From assembly GCA_003144275.1 (NCBI GenBank), contig NJBF01000010.1, positions 1-32,000 of the forward strand: a stretch of 32,000 nt of DNA. The letters run 5' to 3'. The notes under the pieces are model-generated. The model made no database searches. It was not told where the DNA came from and saw only the letters and a program-made list of their open reading frames with translations. The stretch comes from Candidatus Heimdallarchaeota archaeon B3_Heim (lineage in GTDB: Archaea; Asgardarchaeota; Heimdallarchaeia; Hodarchaeales; Hodarchaeaceae). Below are positions 25,775 to 32,000 of this stretch, piece by piece; the stretch's first letter is position 1, and every line of letters starts with the position of its first letter. The position numbers were made by a program, and so were the translations under genes.

Positions 25775-26797
25775 ATGAATACTTTTACTCAAGATTCCCA
25801 AACTATTCGCTATGATAGACAAATTTTGATAGAAAATTGGAATCAGGATAAAATTCGTGAAGGTAAGGTTATAATAGTGGGGATGGGTGCATTAGGATTA
25901 GTAGCAGCTGTTTCACTAGCAATGGCGGGGGTAGGAGAGTTAATATTAGTTGACTTTGACACAATCGAAATAAGTAATTTAAATCGGCAATTACTATTCC
26001 GAATGGATGATATAGGCAAATCTAAAGTAGAAGTAGCTGCTCGAGAGTTATTGAAAATTAATTCCGGGTTAAAAATTACCGCACTGAACATGAAGATACA
26101 GGATGTTCCACAAACTGACTTGGAATCAGTATCTGTTATTGTAGAAGGGTTGGATACATTCATTGATCGAAGATGGGTTAATTCATATATTGTTGAACAT
26201 AATATTCCATTAGTTTCAGGAGGAATGTTTGGATTCTTAGGAAATATACAGGTAATAATCCCTCATGAGAATGCATGCTTGGAGTGTCAATCATTAATCC
26301 CAGAAGAAGAATTACAGAAAGCGTGTACTCCTTTTGGGGAGGGTAGAAAAGAAATTCGTCAAGAAGAACCTTTAGAAGAGAATATTCCATCAGTATCAAG
26401 CGTATCGTTTGTGATAGGAGGATTAATGGCTCAAGAAGCGTTGAAAATCCTCTTAAAATTATCACCACTCAAAGATTACTTATTTTGGGATGGTTCAGTT
26501 GGAGTATTTACTGCTATCGAACTTTCAAGGCGTGAAAACTGTTTTGTGTGCTCTAGTGAATATCAACTGAACGCAATTCCTGTTAGATCAGCATTCGACC
26601 AACAAATCAATGATTTTGTAACTCAGTTACGATATTCTTTCAATCTTGGAAAGGAAATGGTCATGATCCATGGAACGGTAAAAATTGACTCCTCCGAGGA
26701 AAAATTATCCACTGTACTTAAATCTGCAGATATTGTTCGTGTAATAGATCCCTCTTTGTCTAAACCGTTGAAGTTTCAAGTAACTTTTGATTCTTAA
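25775..26797 (+). CDS. ubiquitin-activating enzyme E1 (UBA2/UBA3-like, ThiF family)
   Basis: RYDRQ, GMGALG, DFDTIEISNLNRQ, ACLEC...KACT (thioester Cys position), CFVC; about 80-aa C-terminal domain; start placed at ATG 25775. Confidence 0.9.
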   Translation: MNTFTQDSQTIRYDRQILIENWNQDKIREGKVIIVGMGALGLVAAVSLAMAGVGELILVDFDTIEISNLNRQLLFRMDDIGKSKVEVAARELLKINSGLKITALNMKIQDVPQTDLESVSVIVEGLDTFIDRRWVNSYIVEHNIPLVSGGMFGFLGNIQVIIPHENACLECQSLIPEEELQKACTPFGEGRKEIRQEEPLEENIPSVSSVSFVIGGLMAQEALKILLKLSPLKDYLFWDGSVGVFTAIELSRRENCFVCSSEYQLNAIPVRSAFDQQINDFVTQLRYSFNLGKEMVMIHGTVKIDSSEEKLSTVLKSADIVRVIDPSLSKPLKFQVTFDS

Positions 26798-26816
26798 TAT
26801 CCTATGTTTGTTTTGC

Positions 26817-27566
26817 TCAAAGAAAAATGGGAATAAGGTAAAATAAAGCAAAAAAATTGCTCGCTATTGCGCTTGAAAGTAGGTAGGAGTAGGTAGGATT
26901 TAGTAGATGTCCAGATTGGAGACCATTACCACAATGATAAGCACATACTGCTAAGAACGGTAGGTAGAGCATATCAAAAATGGCATAACCAGATGAAAGC
27001 CAGGTGTCAGTAACATCGAGGGGTCTACCCAAAATGATAATAACAAAAGAAACAACTAAGGAAGCGGTGATAAGTGGCCCTAATGAATAGCCTACAATAC
27101 TATACGTATCTCGCAAACTTGCTTTTCCACCAAGGGTTTTAGCTATTAGCCATATAACAAGTGTACTAGCAATCCAGCCAAACAATGCCAATATAAGAAA
27201 ACCTATTCCTGTTAACCAAGGTGAAATGAGAAAGTAAATGAAATGGAAATCATGCCAAGACGACTTACTCCCTTTAATAGCAAAAGTTCCCAGCCGAGTT
27301 GCATAAGAAACCGATAATAAGTACAATAAGATAATGACTCCTAACCGGTCTGGATTAACGCCTATCTCGTTAAATAAAATTTTACTATCACGAGGATCTG
27401 AAAGACTTCTCCATATACGTGAAAATCGTTCTCTGAAGGTAATACCTATTCTTTGTTTTTGACGCAGTATATTTGTCAGATCAAATCCACAGTAGGGACA
27501 CAAAATATATCCAGCTGGACTTCTTTCACTACAGTTTGGACATACTATTGATTCAGATTCACTCAC
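26817..27566 (-). CDS. zinc-ribbon + Yip1-like multi-pass membrane protein
   Basis: CPNC...CPYC at the N-terminus; about 5 TM segments; IAKTLGGKAS..DTYSIVGYSLGP Yip1-like motif. Confidence 0.72.
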   Translation of the reverse strand: MSESESIVCPNCSERSPAGYILCPYCGFDLTNILRQKQRIGITFRERFSRIWRSLSDPRDSKILFNEIGVNPDRLGVIILLYLLSVSYATRLGTFAIKGSKSSWHDFHFIYFLISPWLTGIGFLILALFGWIASTLVIWLIAKTLGGKASLRDTYSIVGYSLGPLITASLVVSFVIIILGRPLDVTDTWLSSGYAIFDMLYLPFLAVCAYHCGNGLQSGHLLNPTYSYLLSSAIASNFFALFYLIPIFL

Positions 27567-28069
27567 GAGAGATCACTTCGAAAAGACTGGTACTTCTCTG
27601 ATTATGGAATAATGATTAATTAAATTCACTTATTGATAATTATTTTCATTTCTAAGAATGATATGAAGAAGAACTCGCCTTATTCTTATATTAATTTGGA
27701 AGAAAGTTTAAATGTAATCTTTCACACTTATTCGAAACAGGTGCTGAATCAAGTCCGATCTTTTATTTGGGCCTTTGGGGTGCGAGTATATTACAACAAA
27801 TACAGATTCTTTCCAATAGCTTTTTGTATCGCAATTATAATTCCTTGGATGTTTTCTAAATTTGAATAAATTCTGAATTAATAATTTTCCAGTTAAAACT
27901 ATTCCCTTCTCATCCCAATAGGAAGTAAGCAATTGAATTTATTCAATTTTTGATAAATCTACTCTAGGTACGAATTGGATTTCACATTTTTCCTTCTGGA
28001 AATATGGTGTAATATTTAAGGAACTGAGACTCTAATATATCAGACCCCAATTTGAAATGGAGATAAACT

Positions 28070-29284
28070 ATGTCGGATGAAGATGATAAGAAGTCTTCTC
28101 CCCAGGATAGCCCAGATTATACTTCCATACTTGAGAAACAAATAGAATCAGATATTACCGCCATGGAAATGGAAGAATTCTATTTAAAGGCACAAGTGGA
28201 TCTAGAAAATGCGCTAACTGATGGTGGTGATTTTCTTCACATTCTAGAAGATGCCTACTCCCATTCCCATACAACAGAGGAGGAAGAACAGAAGAAATTC
28301 GAACAATTTGGGTTATTTCACTCTCAAAAAACTGAAGAAATTGTAATGTTAACATGTTTCAAGGATTCTGGACGTCCTTTATTTGAGATTTGTCTCTCAG
28401 ATAAGGCTAGCTGCCAAACTTCCTTGAGTTTTATTTTAAATGCTATGAAAAATTACGTTCGATATAAACTTGGGGAACTCATTGAAGAATTATCCTTGGA
28501 ATCTCAAACAATTCATTTCTTTGTGATCGAGGAGAAATACATAATTTCAATTGTCACAACAAAACAAATCACTAGAGACAGAATCGGACAACTCGCAGTA
28601 CAGATTGTTACGATCATGAAACGGTACTCCGATGAGCGATTACGGGCAAGTACTGACTTTAAACAAGAAGTACTAAAAACAATAGACGGTTTTCAAGCTT
28701 CTTTTGTTAAAGAACACCATACACTTAAAATAATTCTAATCGGAGACGGTGCAGTCGGGAAAACATCGATTAGAAGACAATATCTGGGAGAAGGGTTCAG
28801 GAATGATTATCAGATGACCATAGGAGCTGATTTAGCAAGTAAAGAGTCACCTGTTTTATATTCCGGTGGAAGGCAAGTCAAATACTTAATTTGGGATCTT
28901 GCTGGTCAGCCTCGGTTTGAAGGAGTCCGAAAAGCTTATTATATGTCCGCTATGGGAGCTATTGTGGTTTTTGATACCACTCGTGTTGAGAGTTTTCAAA
29001 ACACTGTTGGGTGGATGAATGAATTTTGGAAACTTAATGGTAGGGGACCAGTTCCTATTATTATATTAGGAAATAAAGCGGATTTACGTGATGAAGGGGT
29101 AATGGGTGTTTCTGATGCAAAAGCTAGAAAATTTGCTAGTACACTCTCTCATGTGGCTAAACAATATAGGGGTTTTGACATTCATTATCTCCCAACAAGT
29201 GCGAAAACAGGTTTAAATATCAATTTAGCATTTGAGTTATTGGGAGAGGCAGTAATGGACTTTTTTGAATCAGTAAAGAAATGA
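28070..29284 (+). CDS. longin-like domain fused to Rab-like small GTPase
   Basis: Acidic N-terminus; longin-like IVMLTCFKDSGRPLF...TIHFFVIEEKYIISIVT; GDGAVGKTS, TIGAD, WDLAGQPRF, GNKAD, TSAKTG. Confidence 0.85.
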   Translation: MSDEDDKKSSPQDSPDYTSILEKQIESDITAMEMEEFYLKAQVDLENALTDGGDFLHILEDAYSHSHTTEEEEQKKFEQFGLFHSQKTEEIVMLTCFKDSGRPLFEICLSDKASCQTSLSFILNAMKNYVRYKLGELIEELSLESQTIHFFVIEEKYIISIVTTKQITRDRIGQLAVQIVTIMKRYSDERLRASTDFKQEVLKTIDGFQASFVKEHHTLKIILIGDGAVGKTSIRRQYLGEGFRNDYQMTIGADLASKESPVLYSGGRQVKYLIWDLAGQPRFEGVRKAYYMSAMGAIVVFDTTRVESFQNTVGWMNEFWKLNGRGPVPIIILGNKADLRDEGVMGVSDAKARKFASTLSHVAKQYRGFDIHYLPTSAKTGLNINLAFELLGEAVMDFFESVKK

Positions 29285-29485
29285 TGAACTGTGGTTCAGA
29301 GCTTTAAGAGAAATTCTGGGATTATAGGCGAATCACAGTGTACTACGGGTTTTTTCTCTTCCTAATTGTGAGGATTTTTTAAGCATAGCAAGTAATGTTA
29401 ACCTGACTAAGAGATAAAATGATAGCGGAGTATGCTTGAAGAAAAGTAATCTTCCTCCCTATTTCCATAGTTTTAGGTGAAATTA

Positions 29486-30220
29486 ATGGATAGAGACTTT
29501 ATATTAGCGAGAGAGGCACAATTAACATATTCTAATAATGCTGCATCGGGATTCAATCCAGTAGGAGAATCTCTTGTTCGTTGGCAAGGAACATTAACTT
29601 ATACAACAAACAGGGGAAGGAATATGTTCACATTTGAGATTTTCCTCCCAGAGTACTTTCCCAATGTACCTCCAGTTGTAACTGCAATTGGGTGGATGGA
29701 TCATCCAAATATTGATAAAGATGGATTTATTCAGTTACGGATTCTGGATAATTGGCGAGCGGAATTTCATCTCTACCAGGTGATTATTGCTTTAAAAAAT
29801 CTCATGTCTCGTGTACCACCAACCCCACGCGGAGAAACAGCTAAGTCAGTACGCGATACTATGGTGAGAATAACTGAACCAGCAATTGAAAACAGAGATT
29901 CTAGATCAGCTGCAGAAACAAAAGCATTACGTACAGAATTAACTGCGAAGAATGCTCAATTAACTGCAAAGGATGAAGAATTGGCCAGATTAAGAGCTAG
30001 GTCCATGATGAGCTCCGAGGAGTCATCAAAGACTCTGAGAATGAAAGTTACCGATCAACAAGTGCTAGAATCTGAACGAATTGCCATTTCTGATCTCCTA
30101 TCATCATTAGAAGATCGATATACTGCTGGTGAGATCTCAATCTTTGAATATTCACGTTTATACAAGAAATATACCAAAGAGCTTTATTTACTCCGGAAAC
30201 AGTTAGAATACTTGAGCTAG
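29486..30220 (+). CDS. vps23: ESCRT-I Vps23/TSG101-like protein (UEV + coiled coil + steadiness box)
   Basis: UBC fold with HPN but Gln in place of the catalytic Cys (GFIQLRIL); coiled coil; SLEDRYTAGEISIFEYSRLYKKYTKEL; start at ATG 29486 after AGGTGA. Confidence 0.85.
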   Translation: MDRDFILAREAQLTYSNNAASGFNPVGESLVRWQGTLTYTTNRGRNMFTFEIFLPEYFPNVPPVVTAIGWMDHPNIDKDGFIQLRILDNWRAEFHLYQVIIALKNLMSRVPPTPRGETAKSVRDTMVRITEPAIENRDSRSAAETKALRTELTAKNAQLTAKDEELARLRARSMMSSEESSKTLRMKVTDQQVLESERIAISDLLSSLEDRYTAGEISIFEYSRLYKKYTKELYLLRKQLEYLS

Positions 30221-30229
30221 GTAAAAACA

Positions 30230-30850
30230 ATGTCATTTCCTCAAAACTTATCACACAGATGGGATCTAGAAGCCCGATTATTTGCGAATATTGGGACTCT
30301 CGATTTAATTTCACGTACTTATGATCGTGGAGAGATCGATTCGAGTACATATCATAAACAGCATAGAACCCTTCTAACTAGTATTATAGAAACACGTGCA
30401 GAGTTAGAACAGTATAATTTTGATGTTGATAGATTTATTGAAGAAGAAGGAATTAGCCAACTTTTCCCTTCGGGTCTTTCAAAACTCAAAATGACTGAAG
30501 GAGCCGGTGATAATGCCTATAGTCGAATTGATTATTCAAGCATAAAGAAACTTCCAACAATTGCTGCGGAGTTTGTAGCAAATGCGATTGAATTACTAGA
30601 TCTTCTACATTTAGAATCAATCGCAACTGTTGATCGAGTGTTACCCTATCTTGATGAAATTCACGATATCTTAGTTAGAGTACCAATGTATGGAAATGAT
30701 CATTGGGTAACACAGGACATAAATCAGTGGATTAACTGGATGGATAAACAAAAACCAGGACAATTATTGAAAAACAAGGAGATTAAGAAATTAGAATTAC
30801 AAGGTTCTCGCTGGCTTTCTGACTTCAGAAGGGAACTAAAAAATCTATAA
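30230..30850 (+). CDS. vps28: ESCRT-I Vps28-like protein
   Basis: LFANIGTLDLISRTYDRGEID..TY...LL (N domain); EFVANAIELLDLL...DRVLPYL...WI.WM...L...EIKKL (C four-helix bundle); directly follows vps23. Confidence 0.85.
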   Translation: MSFPQNLSHRWDLEARLFANIGTLDLISRTYDRGEIDSSTYHKQHRTLLTSIIETRAELEQYNFDVDRFIEEEGISQLFPSGLSKLKMTEGAGDNAYSRIDYSSIKKLPTIAAEFVANAIELLDLLHLESIATVDRVLPYLDEIHDILVRVPMYGNDHWVTQDINQWINWMDKQKPGQLLKNKEIKKLELQGSRWLSDFRRELKNL

Positions 30851-30859
30851 GAATCGTTC

Positions 30860-31999
30860 TTATAAAAGATTAGTTTTACCAGTTCTTATAAGCAGCTCTG
30901 TCCTTTCTTCAGCAATTTTCGCTAATTCAAATTCAAATTGTTTCAAGAGTTCGAAATATTCACGACCCGCTACTTTTTTACGGCCTTCTTTTAGTTCCTG
31001 TAAGGCTCGTTTTGATGCAAGTTCATGAATGCGCAAGTCTCGTAGTCTTTCCTCTAAAAAACCATTAACAAAATCTGGGATATTCTCTGGACTCTTACTT
31101 GGAGGCTTATTGGAGGAAGATGGGGTACTTTTATGGTTCTGAAAATTTAATGCTGCAAGGATTTTTTCCTGATAAATTTCCGAAGACCAATCACGGAATG
31201 GTTCATTGATATACAAGTCACTTGGACGACCTAGATAACTCAACTTCAGTGAATTGAATATCCGAATAAGATTTTGAGCATCAGACTGTATGACAAAATC
31301 TCGTTTAATAGCAGTTATTAAAAGCTTATCCCGCTTTAAAAATCCAGAGTTCTTTTTTTGTACATCCATTAGCGCTTTGGGAGAGAATTCATCACAAATG
31401 ATAGTTTTATGGCTTAAAACATTAGTCCTCTTTTTCTGAAGTAATACAATCCTATCCGTTGTAATAATTAAATCAATAGTAGTCTTCCTAAAGCTATCAT
31501 TATTGAGATCTAAATTTGAAAAATAGCCAATACCCAATTCACCTGGGATTAAGACGAAAATATCGAGACATCGGGCTAGGTGTTTTCGCGTTTCATCAAA
31601 TAAATCACATTTTTTCTCTACTTGTTCTATAAGGGCGGAGATAGTTTCAAGTTTCGATACAACCGTCTGATCAAAGCTCGCTATATGTTTTTGAAATAGA
31701 GAGATTTGCAAAGATGAGTTACGAAAAGAATTCTCCGATATTGGGTGACGTACTACATTATGGTAGATTCTTTGGAGCTTTGAAGCATATTCCTGAAATT
31801 CATTCAAAGTAAAATTTTCAATTTTCTTTGTCTCTAGAAAGATTTTATCAATCAGATTGCCAGGAATGAGAAATTGTTTGCGAAAGGAACGTAATCTTGA
31901 CTCCAATTGGCCAGTTCGTTTTAAGAGGATAACAGGACGATATCCTACGTGCTTGAGAGATCGTTTAAGGACAAAAATTTCTTCTAATAAGTCCGCTTT
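30860..31999 (-). CDS. 5'-truncated protein with PH-like domain and C-terminal steadiness-box-like helix
   Basis: Frame stays open from the window edge (KADLLEEIFVLKRSLKHVGYRPVILLKRTGQ) into the tracked TTG at 31906, so the start lies outside the window; LIITTDRIVLLQ...RDKLLIT PH-like; EYFELLKQFEFEL near the end. Confidence 0.65.
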   Translation of the reverse strand, partial: KADLLEEIFVLKRSLKHVGYRPVILLKRTGQLESRLRSFRKQFLIPGNLIDKIFLETKKIENFTLNEFQEYASKLQRIYHNVVRHPISENSFRNSSLQISLFQKHIASFDQTVVSKLETISALIEQVEKKCDLFDETRKHLARCLDIFVLIPGELGIGYFSNLDLNNDSFRKTTIDLIITTDRIVLLQKKRTNVLSHKTIICDEFSPKALMDVQKKNSGFLKRDKLLITAIKRDFVIQSDAQNLIRIFNSLKLSYLGRPSDLYINEPFRDWSSEIYQEKILAALNFQNHKSTPSSSNKPPSKSPENIPDFVNGFLEERLRDLRIHELASKRALQELKEGRKKVAGREYFELLKQFEFELAKIAEERTELLIRTGKTNLL

Positions 32000-32000
32000 T

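Noticed and set aside
16389-26468. ORFs 16389-16604, 17785-18033, 20915-21133, 22227-22421, 22808-22999, 22969-23163, 23970-24155, 25843-26163, 26178-26468
   Set aside because: Overlap stronger genes on the opposite strand or in another frame; no recognisable domains
27633-27932. Two overlapping short ORFs (27633-27869 +, 27708-27932 -)
   Set aside because: Mutually overlapping, no SD or motif seen, AT-rich intergenic context; one could be real but cannot be supported
29486-30220. Second active E2 enzyme
   Set aside because: Catalytic Cys position is Gln; coiled coil and steadiness box indicate Vps23/TSG101
30048-30350. ORF 30048-30350 (-)
   Set aside because: Antisense to vps23/vps28
1-32000. 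CRISPR array, rRNA, IS elements, prophage
   Set aside because: No regularly spaced repeats, rRNA-like segments, transposase or phage genes seen

Overview
Low-GC archaeal window, most likely from an Asgard archaeon (Heimdallarchaeia-like; inference). Evidence: ribosomal protein eS30, an archaeal-type MetRS, an initiator tRNA-Met with a bulge-helix-bulge intron, and many eukaryotic-signature genes (ubiquitin, E1, E2, RING, ESCRT-I Vps23 and Vps28, Arf- and Rab-like GTPases, longin, Yip1). The standout is an 11-kb, 13-gene co-oriented cluster (4047-15001) encoding an apparently complete bacterial-microcompartment (BMC) metabolosome of the sugar-phosphate-utilisation (DeoC + RpiB) type. It has 2 BMC-H, 1 PduT-like BMC-T and 3 BMC-P shell genes, plus acylating aldehyde dehydrogenase, PduS, PduL and acetate kinase. 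Unusual architectures include a citrate synthase-PduL fusion, a flavoprotein-DeoC fusion and a pentamer with a 96-aa Lys/Arg/Pro-rich tail. The right half holds a ubiquitin/ESCRT-I/small-GTPase neighbourhood, including a longin-Rab fusion and an edge-truncated PH-like + steadiness-box-like protein. All family calls come from motif recognition by eye; no database searches were run.
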